This document shows positions 19,751 through 29,812 of a DNA stretch of 64,000 nt, piece after piece. The notes below the pieces were generated by a model. That model searched no databases. It was not told the DNA's origin and was given only the letters and a program-made list of their open reading frames with translations. Made by a program: the position numbers and the translations under genes. Every line of letters starts with the position of its first letter. Positions within the stretch are counted from its first letter, which is position 1. Source of the stretch: an uncultured archaeon (GTDB lineage Archaea; Thermoplasmatota; Penumbrarchaeia; JASLWR01); contig CAYFHS010000012.1 of assembly GCA_964342815.1 (NCBI GenBank), positions 56,600-120,599 on the forward strand, written 5' to 3'.

Positions 19751-22700
19751 CTACTTCAGCTTGATCCTAAACTCGTTTTCGATATCTTCCAGCATGTTCT
19801 CCGCCTCCTGCACACCAACACCCTTGCCGGTAGCCTCCTTAATGGTCTTTTTAACCTCTTGGAGGACCTTTTTCCTTCTTCTTTTCCTTAAAAATACAGA
19901 GATTACAAAGAAAGCGATAATAATTATGAAAGCAAAGGCAATGGAGAGCAAAAACACCCAGGAGCTGGCATCCTGTTTCACTTCAAGGTCCATATTCAGT
20001 TTCCCGCCGTCCAGGATCGTAACGGTGGAGTATTTTGAATCCTTCACAATAATCGAGATATTATGTTTTCCTGACTGGGCTTCCCATATTGCAGTTGCAG
20101 TCCTCGTTTCCCCGGGGAATATATGTGGGAACCAGATAACCCGAATCCTGGTTCCGTCCACCATGAAAGTAACGTTCACGTTCCTCGCTGCAGCGGTACC
20201 ATTGTTCTTGATATGAACATTCAAGTGGACATCATCCCCTTCCATATACTCCCCTTGGTCCACGGGGACGAAGATGAGCTCCAACAGCGGGGCAGTGATG
20301 AAAATCTCGATATTTCTTATCTCTGACCAGGCACCGTCATCGTCCTCGACGCTGAATGTAATAATATGAAGACCCAGTGAGATATTGTGCCTGGAACGCA
20401 GATCCAGGTTCGAAAAATTTCCCAATTTACCGTCGACGCTCGAAACCCACAAATAGTCTCGGATATAACCTTTTTCGTACACCGCCTCATCAACTCCCCA
20501 CCCTGATATCTTCATATTGCTTCCTCCCTTTTCCATTTCCCTCGATCGGGATTGGATAAAAGCAACTGGAATGTCATTGACCTCAAGGACCTTCAACGTG
20601 AACGTAAAGCTGCTCATCTCACCAGATGGGTCAACCGCGGATACGGTTATCTCTATTTCCCCGAACCAGTTGAGGGTGGGTTCCAACCTCAGCGAGTTGT
20701 TCTCCATTATTGAAAGGTTGATCTCTGCAAATCCTGATTGGGCAACATACAACAGTTCCAGGTCATCGGGATCGGAAAAACAATCACCAACATCCAAATA
20801 ACCCGTAGTATCCTCTTTTATGGTTACGATTTTCTCAAAACCGATGATGTCCGGTTTATCATTTACAAGGCTTACCATGAAAGAGATTGTATGATGAGCT
20901 TCGTCCTGTCCGTCGCTGGCTGTAAAAGTAATATTCTCCTTACCGTACCAGTTGTGAGCGGTTGTAATATTCACGATTCCAGACGAAATGATATTAATGA
21001 TAATATTGGATGAATTGGTAAAGTTAACAGCAAGAATATCCTCGTCTATATCATAGAATATATCCGTCATATCGATTTGGTATATGGTATCATTATCCTC
21101 CTCGAGTTGAATTTCTTTTGGAGCTCCGTCGAATACCATGGGTGGATCATTCACATTCTCCCAGCTGAAGTTGAAAAATTCCTCCACGTAATCTCCGTCC
21201 TTGTCCGTGAACTTCATTAGAACGCTTGAGTTTCCGTGAAAATTATTAATAGGATTGAAAACGAATTTGTTCGGCCCATCACCTGGCGTTACCGAGCCTA
21301 TCTTGAATTTATTGAAGGTCTCAAGAGTCCAAGTTGTTTGAAGTGGATCTCTCCCGTCCTCCACGTCCCACCCGTATACGTTGAAATCCACGTTGATGGC
21401 GTGGTCTTCGAGAGAAGTAAAGGTCGGCGTAGAATTGATCATGGGAAAATTATTCACTGCCTTGAATGCTCTCAATTTCCAATCCGAGATGAAACCACTA
21501 GGATTGGTATATCTAAGCCGGAGGTCCAGTATGGTATTTATGGGTATATCCAGCGGTGGGGTGTAGCTAGAGTAGAAGTAAACCAATTCTCCATCGTCAT
21601 AGAGTTCAACGGGCAATTCATTCCAACCGCCCTCGGTATCGCCAAGCCAGATCTGGAGAGTGAGGTTCAGACCGCTTTCCCCGAATACGACATCGGTAAG
21701 ATTCATTGTAATGGGAATGGCTTTTCCACGGTAGGCTATGGGTTCATGGCTGATGTCCAGCACTTTTGGATATATTACTTCGATGGTATCATTGATCGTA
21801 GTTCCTCTGTTACCCGCAACGTCTTCTGCCCATACGTAAATGTGATGTTTCCCTTCAGGGGCATCTAAAATATAATTCGTTTTATTGGTCCAGATGCCGT
21901 TATCGGTTCCACTACCATCGAAAAAGGAGATGTAATATCCCTTTATCTGTGAAGATGGAGCCGCATCGGAAAATCCGCTCCAGTTGAGGTAGATTGTCTT
22001 GTCCGAGCAATACTCGGATTTGTTCTCTATCTCAAGGGAAGCAGACGTTGACGAGGGTGCAATGGTATCAATGAAAATATCGTCCGATACGGCATCACCA
22101 ATATTGAAAGAATAATCCTGTGCCCAGGCGTAAACCGTTGTGGGACCCTGATTAGGGAGTGAAATGTAATCGGTAGGCTGCCCGCCCCACAACCTGCTTG
22201 CGGGGATGACCGGTGGGGCCCCTGCGGTCCCCCATTTTTCCCATTTTGCTGCAACAGCGGCTCCACCATTGTGTTCGTAATAGTGCATTTCGAATCTATG
22301 GAAACCGCGTTCTAGATAGACGCTGACGGTGTTTTCCGTATAGGCCCTGCTGTACCAATGGCTCAGTAACCTGACGTCATCGATATAAAGGCGTGCACCG
22401 TCGTCAGATCCTATGGTGAAATTGTATGTAGTGGATTCATCCGCGAAAATGGAGCCGTTCCAGATTATCGAATATTGGTTGTTGCCGCAGCCGCCTCCGG
22501 GCCCGCCGTTGCCGAAATTCCGATTTATTGTGCCATCATACCTGCTGAACTTGTACTCGTTGAAGTTCATTCCATTAAAATAATGGCCCCTTATGCCGCC
22601 ATTGGATATCTGACCGCTCATTGTACCTTCATTATTTGTCGTCCCGAAATAATATCCTGCCAAACCCCTGGTGGCATCGTTATTGTCTGAAAAACCTGAC

Positions 22701-25504
22701 CATCGGACCTGAGCAACTGTAGAATTCCAATACGTTAGATCGTTCTGAAGTACTATACTACCGGTAGAAGGTTCAACCAAATCAATTAAAATATTTCTGT
22801 AGAGTGCACGGTTTTGAATATTACCTGCCCGGTCCACACCCCAAACCCAGAAATTCACCCATCCCGTCTCAGCGGTATTTATAACGCCAGTTGCCCCTTG
22901 AATGAAAAATCCGTTGCTCGTTCCACTGTTATTAACATGATTATAGTAATAACCGGATAGGCCGGATTGGTCTACCCCTGAATCAACTATATTGGAAATG
23001 CGATAATAAACATTTTTGTCATTTGTATATCGGCTCCCGTTCTCCAACCTTAAACTTGCTCCACCGGTAAATGTTGGACGGACAGTATCAATATGAATTG
23101 AATCCGAAACTGCAATGCTGTAATGCCCGTATGCATCCTTGGCCCACACGTAAACCACGACATTCTTCCGGACCGGGGCATTGTGAATATCCACGTTGGT
23201 TTCAGTGGTATAATTGGCATCCGGTCCGCCGGACCCGTTCACGAACGAATAATAGTAACCGGTCAGCGTTGGATCGCTGAAACCTCCCCAGCTGAGATGA
23301 AGTGTCCTATCATTGGTCCATTCGTCCCCGTTGTTTATCAACAGCCACGCATTCGAGATGTCGGGAACAAAGGCATCGATATAGATAGAGTCCTCCGTTG
23401 CATTTCCGATATTACCAGCATTATCCACCGCCCAGACGTAAATTGTGACGGTCCCGTTTACTGCCGAAGCGGCGGTAGCATTGGTGCTGGCCGTGTAGAC
23501 TCCGTTTGGCGTCCCGCTTCCATTGGTGAAATTATAATAATATCCTTTTATACCTGCTCCCCCGGAATCGGTAAAATTGCTCCACTCGAAAAAAATATTG
23601 TTGCTACCGACATTTTCAGCGCCGCTCTCGATGATGACGTTGGCATTGGAGTTATCGGGATTCTCAAAATCCACCTGTACGGTATATTTCTGTGATGCCG
23701 TCGGGCCGTTGGTGATATCATCGGTTCCCCGCCACTGTATGTAATTGCTGCCCCCCGCGGCGAATTCCACATTGGCCGAGGCTGAAAAAAGCTGCTGGGC
23801 AGCGCCTGCGTCACCTGTTGAGATCCACTGGCTGAGCGTCCCGTTGAAATATCGGTATTCAATGGTATTCAAGCGTACTCCCGAGGTATTGTCCCTTATA
23901 TCGATCCCGCAAGTAACCATACTTTCGTTCACCCAGTCATTTGGCGATGGGGACGGGTTCTCGAAGAATATTTCAGACGTATCCACCATTATCGTATCCG
24001 TAGCCGAAATTCCGATATTACCTGCCTTGTCAATGGCCCATACATACACGTTCACAGTCCCGTCCTGTGCATTGGAAAGGACACCTGGACTGGAGTAATC
24101 CACGGTTCCGTTGGTGCTTCCCTGATTATTATCGAATGAATAGTAATAATGATCAATACCTGAGATTTCCGCTCCCTGGTCGATAAAGCTGGACCAAGTG
24201 AATGCCAGGTTAGAAACGTTTGTTCCGGCCGCACCGCCGTTAATTATGACATTATTGGGAGGAATGTAGGATGGTGCGCTGGTATCGAGTATTATTGTAT
24301 CATTTTTCGATGATCCTATGTTACCCACATTATCCTCGGCCCATAGGTACACTGTGATTATACCCTCAACTAGGTTAGAATCAGCAATGGAAGATTGGTT
24401 TCCGTTCGTTGTATTGGTGTCCACCTTCCCCTCGTCATTGGTAAACGAATAGTAATATCGTTTTGTTCCCGAATCCGAATCCACGCTGGCATTCCAGGTT
24501 ACATAGAAGGTTGTGTCGTTATCCGCCAGAGTCCGGTTGTCTCCGAAGGAATCTGCGTGAATGGTAATATTCCCGGGCCCCGGTGGAGCCTCACCGTCCA
24601 CCCTGATAATAAATGTCTGATTTGCAGGTACGTTACCGGCTCTTCCCACAGGTAGCTTGTTTACCGAAACATTGTAATTGTTCGAGTTTTCCGAAACTGG
24701 GGCCGAGCTCATGAGGATGCTGAAGGCCTGACCCGAGGAACTGTTATTGTATGCAACAGCTCCAGTATCGTTTGTTACCGATACATTGAAATATTGATTT
24801 GATGGATAAAATACCGGAAAACCGGTGTAATGGACCTTTGGGCCGGAAAAGGTCAGATTCTCATTGGTTCGTACCCAATCCCCACTAGCAATGGAACCCT
24901 GGTGCTGAGCAGCCACAGTCAGTGTTCCAGACATATCGAGTCCGGTTTCCACCCTAAATAGATTTGGAAAATTCGTGCTGTTTGTATTGTTCGAGGCGTC
25001 CGTTATATTCAACCTTATATCACATAATGCCGCGTCAGGGAAGGTCCAGTTGAAATCCACATGGAAATTTACGAAGGTGTTGTTAGCATCAGTATCTCCC
25101 CAATGGGTATCGTTGGAACTCAGATTTATATAGTCTTGAGTATCTCCGCCATCCAGCTCGTAAAAATGTGTTGCGTTATCCCTTGACCAGCAAAGGGTGA
25201 TGTTCTCGTCTCCAGGCTCGATGGTGATATTCACATATTTGATATCATTGGCTCCATCGGTATCATTGATGGTGGCGTTGAAGTGGTATGATTTGAATCT
25301 TGCGAGGCATACGTCTCCCAGCTCGCCGTTCTCGAGAACGAGATCCTCGATGTCCGGCTCGGCCTGTCCCAGTTGCGGACCAATATCTGCAATTGAAAGA
25401 AATGATAGAATATCCAATCCGGAAAGGAGAAAAAGAACCGTAACCGACAAGATGAGAATAGGTTTCACAGTGGAAAAGCAATAGGATTTTTTTTTCGTCA
25501 TCAT
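19751..25504 (-). CDS. Giant surface protein: seven Ig/Fn3-like repeats, PA14 domain, cadherin-like, PKD-like and CARDB domains, C-terminal TM
   Basis: Repeated W..F.D...GYYY.F....VYVWA.D.AGNIG....D.I.ID; PA14 hallmark F-IGSDDGARLYIDD. ATG 25504 is preferred over TTG 25516. Confidence 0.88.
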   Translation of the reverse strand: MMTKKKSYCFSTVKPILILSVTVLFLLSGLDILSFLSIADIGPQLGQAEPDIEDLVLENGELGDVCLARFKSYHFNATINDTDGANDIKYVNITIEPGDENITLCWSRDNATHFYELDGGDTQDYINLSSNDTHWGDTDANNTFVNFHVDFNWTFPDAALCDIRLNITDASNNTNSTNFPNLFRVETGLDMSGTLTVAAQHQGSIASGDWVRTNENLTFSGPKVHYTGFPVFYPSNQYFNVSVTNDTGAVAYNNSSSGQAFSILMSSAPVSENSNNYNVSVNKLPVGRAGNVPANQTFIIRVDGEAPPGPGNITIHADSFGDNRTLADNDTTFYVTWNASVDSDSGTKRYYYSFTNDEGKVDTNTTNGNQSSIADSNLVEGIITVYLWAEDNVGNIGSSKNDTIILDTSAPSYIPPNNVIINGGAAGTNVSNLAFTWSSFIDQGAEISGIDHYYYSFDNNQGSTNGTVDYSSPGVLSNAQDGTVNVYVWAIDKAGNIGISATDTIMVDTSEIFFENPSPSPNDWVNESMVTCGIDIRDNTSGVRLNTIEYRYFNGTLSQWISTGDAGAAQQLFSASANVEFAAGGSNYIQWRGTDDITNGPTASQKYTVQVDFENPDNSNANVIIESGAENVGSNNIFFEWSNFTDSGGAGIKGYYYNFTNGSGTPNGVYTASTNATAASAVNGTVTIYVWAVDNAGNIGNATEDSIYIDAFVPDISNAWLLINNGDEWTNDRTLHLSWGGFSDPTLTGYYYSFVNGSGGPDANYTTETNVDIHNAPVRKNVVVYVWAKDAYGHYSIAVSDSIHIDTVRPTFTGGASLRLENGSRYTNDKNVYYRISNIVDSGVDQSGLSGYYYNHVNNSGTSNGFFIQGATGVINTAETGWVNFWVWGVDRAGNIQNRALYRNILIDLVEPSTGSIVLQNDLTYWNSTVAQVRWSGFSDNNDATRGLAGYYFGTTNNEGTMSGQISNGGIRGHYFNGMNFNEYKFSRYDGTINRNFGNGGPGGGCGNNQYSIIWNGSIFADESTTYNFTIGSDDGARLYIDDVRLLSHWYSRAYTENTVSVYLERGFHRFEMHYYEHNGGAAVAAKWEKWGTAGAPPVIPASRLWGGQPTDYISLPNQGPTTVYAWAQDYSFNIGDAVSDDIFIDTIAPSSTSASLEIENKSEYCSDKTIYLNWSGFSDAAPSSQIKGYYISFFDGSGTDNGIWTNKTNYILDAPEGKHHIYVWAEDVAGNRGTTINDTIEVIYPKVLDISHEPIAYRGKAIPITMNLTDVVFGESGLNLTLQIWLGDTEGGWNELPVELYDDGELVYFYSSYTPPLDIPINTILDLRLRYTNPSGFISDWKLRAFKAVNNFPMINSTPTFTSLEDHAINVDFNVYGWDVEDGRDPLQTTWTLETFNKFKIGSVTPGDGPNKFVFNPINNFHGNSSVLMKFTDKDGDYVEEFFNFSWENVNDPPMVFDGAPKEIQLEEDNDTIYQIDMTDIFYDIDEDILAVNFTNSSNIIINIISSGIVNITTAHNWYGKENITFTASDGQDEAHHTISFMVSLVNDKPDIIGFEKIVTIKEDTTGYLDVGDCFSDPDDLELLYVAQSGFAEINLSIMENNSLRLEPTLNWFGEIEITVSAVDPSGEMSSFTFTLKVLEVNDIPVAFIQSRSREMEKGGSNMKISGWGVDEAVYEKGYIRDYLWVSSVDGKLGNFSNLDLRSRHNISLGLHIITFSVEDDDGAWSEIRNIEIFITAPLLELIFVPVDQGEYMEGDDVHLNVHIKNNGTAAARNVNVTFMVDGTRIRVIWFPHIFPGETRTATAIWEAQSGKHNISIIVKDSKYSTVTILDGGKLNMDLEVKQDASSWVFLLSIAFAFIIIIAFFVISVFLRKRRRKKVLQEVKKTIKEATGKGVGVQEAENMLEDIENEFRIKLK

Positions 25505-25761
25505 ATGTACACCCAAAAAATCTGGAAATGGTAGAGACCTATGAATACATGTTACAATGTTGCTGCTGTTTATCTACTATTATCAGACAATATTTCGATT
25601 CCAGTAATACAATCGGTATATAAAATATCTGGTATATTATATATTAATTGTTGAACAAATTCTAAATCCATATCCCTTTTATTTTCTCGTTCATTATATA
25701 CTTCAAAATTTTAGGGAAAGTGGATTTCAATGATGGGCCAATTTTTCAATTCAGCATTGCG

Positions 25762-27201
25762 TCATAAACGGCGCTCATGGATCGATTCCTCTACCATCTC
25801 CCTGCCCAATTCAAGCAGTTCATCGGCCCTGGCTTGTGTCATGGCATCCGAATAGAGGCGGAAAAGGGGTTCCGTTCCAGAAGGCCGCAGCAGAAGCCAT
25901 GAATCGTCATTGAATAAACGTTTCAGTCCGTCTACAGTGAGATCCTTCACACACCCCTTCAGCAAAGCAGGGGAATTATGAAAACGCCTAATAACACTTT
26001 CATATACCTTATCCTTCACGTCATCCGGACACCTGAACTGCCCCTTTGCCTGATAGAATCGAGGAAACTCTTCCGTGAGCTCCCTAAGAGTCTTCTCTCT
26101 CTCAGCCATTATCTGCAGCAGGAAAAGCGTGGCCAATATCCCATCGCACCAATGCACGTGCTTGGCAAAATAGTACTTTCCGCTCTCCTCGTAGGCAAAT
26201 ACCGCTCTGCTTTCATGAACTGATAGAACCCTTTCTGTATCCGGTTGACCGATCCTGCAGTATTCCACAGCGACCCCATACTGTTTAGCGAGATAATCTA
26301 TAAGACCAGAAGAGTTTACAGGAGTTACACAAACTGGATTTTCTTGACCATTATTTAGGCATTTCTCGAATATCCATTTTCCAAAAACCGCACCCATGAC
26401 ATCCTCAGATACCACTTCCCCTGTTTCGTCCACGAATAACACCCGATCGGCATCCAGGTCGGTAGCGGCAGCGAGGGACGCGTTGCTGTTAAGAAGCGAG
26501 TTTACCGTAGTACCAAGAGTATGCTTTCTCGGTTCGGGAGGGCGTTCGGGGTCTCCACTGTGATGGTCATGCAACCTTATTACCTCGATGCCGCACTTCT
26601 CTATAATGGAAGGCAGGATACCTGAGGCTGTCCCGTTCCCGGGATCCATCACAACCCTGAAATTATCTCGCTTTGCCAACTTGGCAATTGATTCTTGATC
26701 AACCAGATTTAAAAGGAATCGTTCGTAGCGATCCAAAACACCGCAGTCTGTTTCCACGGTCCCGATGGATTGCATCACGATCTTTTTTCGTTCTTCGAGC
26801 CCGTTGAAATACCGATCCTCGACTTCCAATGCCTGATCATCGCCGATATAAGACGCGGTAGAATCCATGTAGATAAGACCCACTCTATCGGGAGGCATAT
26901 GAGAACCGGTCACCATCACCCCACCGGCCGCTTCCATTACCTTCAATGCATAACCCAATGCAGGGGTAGGAACAATTCCGCAATCAATTACTTTCAAACC
27001 CATTGACTGCAGCCCCGCCGATATGGCGCAGCAGAGCATGGAAGTACCAAAACGGGTATCCCGGCCCATTACGACCTTCCCGGAGCCCAGCCAATCAGCA
27101 AAAGCCATGGACAATTTCATAGCCAGTTCCGGTGTAATCTCAGTATTTGTTGCTCCCCTGACTCCACTGGTACCGAACATTCTCGGTTTTCTTTTTATCA
27201 T
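25762..27201 (-). CDS. Alpha-D-phosphohexomutase (phosphomannomutase/phosphoglucosamine mutase family)
   Basis: FGTSGVRG, phosphoserine loop TGSHMP, metal loop DLDADR, YEESG, RPSGTEP. Start reassigned to ATG 27201 (AGGTG RBS). Confidence 0.9.
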   Translation of the reverse strand: MIKRKPRMFGTSGVRGATNTEITPELAMKLSMAFADWLGSGKVVMGRDTRFGTSMLCCAISAGLQSMGLKVIDCGIVPTPALGYALKVMEAAGGVMVTGSHMPPDRVGLIYMDSTASYIGDDQALEVEDRYFNGLEERKKIVMQSIGTVETDCGVLDRYERFLLNLVDQESIAKLAKRDNFRVVMDPGNGTASGILPSIIEKCGIEVIRLHDHHSGDPERPPEPRKHTLGTTVNSLLNSNASLAAATDLDADRVLFVDETGEVVSEDVMGAVFGKWIFEKCLNNGQENPVCVTPVNSSGLIDYLAKQYGVAVEYCRIGQPDTERVLSVHESRAVFAYEESGKYYFAKHVHWCDGILATLFLLQIMAEREKTLRELTEEFPRFYQAKGQFRCPDDVKDKVYESVIRRFHNSPALLKGCVKDLTVDGLKRLFNDDSWLLLRPSGTEPLFRLYSDAMTQARADELLELGREMVEESIHERRL

Positions 27202-27223
27202 TATGAGCACCTGTCGAAAAAAT

Positions 27224-28678
27224 TCACACCCTGAACAATATTTTCTCGCTTTTGAACATCTTAACACAGAGATAAATCAAAATGGCGGCTGCCAATACCG
27301 TGACAATAATATTCAGCAGAAGCAGGCTGACGGTCAATTTCCCAAGCAGCAGGTCTTTCATTGCGAAAACAGAAGAAGCGATGGGGATCAAATATACCTT
27401 TTTCGATATATCGAAATTAATGCTCATTGTCATTATCCCCAGAAATATTACTATGAAGAATACCGGTGTCATATAGCTGCTGGCTTCTTTGAGATTCCGT
27501 GCAAAGGTACCGACTAAAATTATTATAGAGACCAACACGGTTGAAAGGGGAATAAGTATCAGGAAAAGGCCGACTACGACCCAAGGAGTGAAGACCGCAA
27601 AGGCCGAGCTTGTGCCTCCACCTCCGAAAATAATTCCGAAAGTAAGGATTATTCCAAGACCACCGATGGTGAAAAGAGCTGATACAAAGGAGACCACCAT
27701 TACAGAAATGATTTTTCCTATTACTATGGACGTCCGGGCAACTTTGTTAACGAGGAGTGTTCCAAGTGTGTTCCGCTCCTTTTCTCCTGCAACGGCGTCA
27801 AGACCGATGCTCATTGCACCGCTCATGAGGTATATGACCACGAAATAAGGCAGAATCATACCTAGGATGGAGCCTGATTTCTCCTCAGTTGTGGCTGTAT
27901 CGACATATTCATGATCCACCACATTGAGGATGTCATCATCAATCGTGCGGAAAAAATTCAGCTCGCCACTGGCGTTTCGTATCCGATAAGCATGCAGTCC
28001 ATCGGCGATACTCCACCATTCTTCTGAAACTTTTGTTACGGCTGAATCTTCGCCAAGTTTGATGTTATGATTCATAAGAATTCCTTTTAATGTAGTGTTC
28101 AGGCTGCCGTTGCCGAGGAATCTTATATATTCAGCAGGGAGAGAGAATAAAAAAACCTCTTTTTGGTCCAGGCGGCGCCCGCGCTCATCCAGTATGAAAT
28201 CCCAGATGAGATTGATAAATGTGTCCTTGGCCCTCGCTGACGCCGGTACCGCCGAAGAATAGGAAATTGTTATATTGCCTGTGAGATAATCCTCCACGTT
28301 ATCGGTGAAATTATCCGGGAACTGAACGTAAAGTTCCAGCTTTTCGCTGGAAATGTCCTGTACCGGATGGGATGAATTGATAATGGTAAAATTTTCCGAT
28401 CTTTCGATATACAACACGAAATCCTGGGCATGGCTGCCGTTCTCTACTGCGACATTGAATATTCTCTCCTGCAGCTTCTGCTCCGAGATATAAAAGAAAC
28501 TTCCCATGCCCAGCAGGAAAAGGGGTAACAGTAAAAGAGGAACCAGGGTAACTGTTATAACAACTCTCTTCTGTCGAATGATGCCTCTAAGTTCATTGGC
28601 GGCAATGACCATGAAATCGGGCATATCAAGCAGATTCTCACGAGGTCGGGGAATTTCAGGCTTGGGTTTTTCGGCCAT
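27224..28678 (-). CDS. ABC-2 type exporter permease, NatB-like
   Basis: ANELRGIIR N-terminus, large extracellular loop, DAVAGEKERNTLGTLL, five C-terminal TMs. Confidence 0.85.
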   Translation of the reverse strand: MAEKPKPEIPRPRENLLDMPDFMVIAANELRGIIRQKRVVITVTLVPLLLLPLFLLGMGSFFYISEQKLQERIFNVAVENGSHAQDFVLYIERSENFTIINSSHPVQDISSEKLELYVQFPDNFTDNVEDYLTGNITISYSSAVPASARAKDTFINLIWDFILDERGRRLDQKEVFLFSLPAEYIRFLGNGSLNTTLKGILMNHNIKLGEDSAVTKVSEEWWSIADGLHAYRIRNASGELNFFRTIDDDILNVVDHEYVDTATTEEKSGSILGMILPYFVVIYLMSGAMSIGLDAVAGEKERNTLGTLLVNKVARTSIVIGKIISVMVVSFVSALFTIGGLGIILTFGIIFGGGGTSSAFAVFTPWVVVGLFLILIPLSTVLVSIIILVGTFARNLKEASSYMTPVFFIVIFLGIMTMSINFDISKKVYLIPIASSVFAMKDLLLGKLTVSLLLLNIIVTVLAAAILIYLCVKMFKSEKILFRV

Positions 28679-28679
28679 A

Positions 28680-29429
28680 TCAGGCAGCCTCCCTTATGTT
28701 AACCTTTTCCGCAAGCTTGAAAAAGGTTTCCTCAAGTGAATTTACTTGATATTTCTCGTTCAATTCCTCAACTGTTCCGCTGGCCATCAATTTACCATTG
28801 AGAAGAATGCCTATGCGGTCGCACAATTTCTCCGCAATTGCCATGTAATGGGTTGAAATTATTATGGTCTTACCCCTGGTCTTCTCGGCCAATAGAAGAT
28901 CAGTAACGGATTTGGCGGTCATGATATCCAAACCGGAAGTAGGCTCGTCAAAGATTATTACCTTTGGATCGTGGATCAGGGCCACGGCTATAGCGGCCTT
29001 CTGAGCGTTTCCGTGGGACAGTTTATCTATGAGCAGGTCTCTGTATTCGTCGATCTTGAAGCGTGAGAAAAGAAAGTTCTCCCTTGCTGTTATTATTTTC
29101 TTGGGCATGCGGTTGAGCTTGCCGTAGAAAGTAACGAGTTCATGAGGGGTGAAATTGGGGCTGAGTTTCATCTGAGCCGTGAGGAAACCCAAAGAACCCC
29201 TGACCTTCCCCGACTCCTTTTCGGTGGAAAATCCGTTAACGGTTATTTTACCCTTGGTAGGTTTCAACAATGTTGCCAGCATTCTCAATGAAGTGGTCTT
29301 TCCCGCACCATTGGGACCCAGGAGACCGTATATCTCACCCGGACGTACCGTAAAGGATACGTCATTCACTGCTGTTAGCGAACCGCTTTTGGTCTCGAAT
29401 ATTTTTGTAATCTGCTCGCTTTTAATCAC
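28680..29429 (-). CDS. ABC exporter ATP-binding protein, NatA-like
   Basis: Walker A GPNGAGKTT, signature-like LSHG, Walker B IIFDEPTSGLD, H-loop ISTH. Confidence 0.92.
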   Translation of the reverse strand: MIKSEQITKIFETKSGSLTAVNDVSFTVRPGEIYGLLGPNGAGKTTSLRMLATLLKPTKGKITVNGFSTEKESGKVRGSLGFLTAQMKLSPNFTPHELVTFYGKLNRMPKKIITARENFLFSRFKIDEYRDLLIDKLSHGNAQKAAIAVALIHDPKVIIFDEPTSGLDIMTAKSVTDLLLAEKTRGKTIIISTHYMAIAEKLCDRIGILLNGKLMASGTVEELNEKYQVNSLEETFFKLAEKVNIREAA

Positions 29430-29618
29430 TCTATCGCCTACGGAGGTTTATCTGGAATACGGAGCGATAGTGGGATTTGGATAAATCAATGTTTCCTTGT
29501 TATTGGATTTTTGGTCAATAGATTAGTAGGGTCAATTAACATATATGGATCAATTAGCGAAATATAAATTCTAATGAAAGTTGGGTTCGGCCTCGATGAT
29601 TGATTAATCTCATATGCC

Positions 29619-29640
29619 TCCAAAAACTATATGAAAGTCT
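29619..29640 (+). promoter_or_regulatory. Candidate BRE/TATA-like promoter for the phosphatase gene
   Basis: TCCAAAAACTATA at 29619-29631 recurs exactly at 63221-63233. Both lie upstream of + strand genes. Confidence 0.3.
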
Positions 29641-29812
29641 AAGCTATTCATGAATGAAATGAGTCTGTAGTGAGATTTCAAATCGTCGCTTTGAAAAAGA
29701 TCAGGCGTGATCCAGAGAAAAAATGAACGCTATATAATCACTGAACCGATAGTGAAAATGATAAGAACGAGAATCGAGAGGTGAATTGGCTCATCTGTCA
29801 TGAAATAATATA

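Noticed and set aside
27202-27267. Cys-containing N-terminal extension of the phosphohexomutase
   Set aside because: It overlaps the permease 3' end, and a good RBS precedes ATG 27201.
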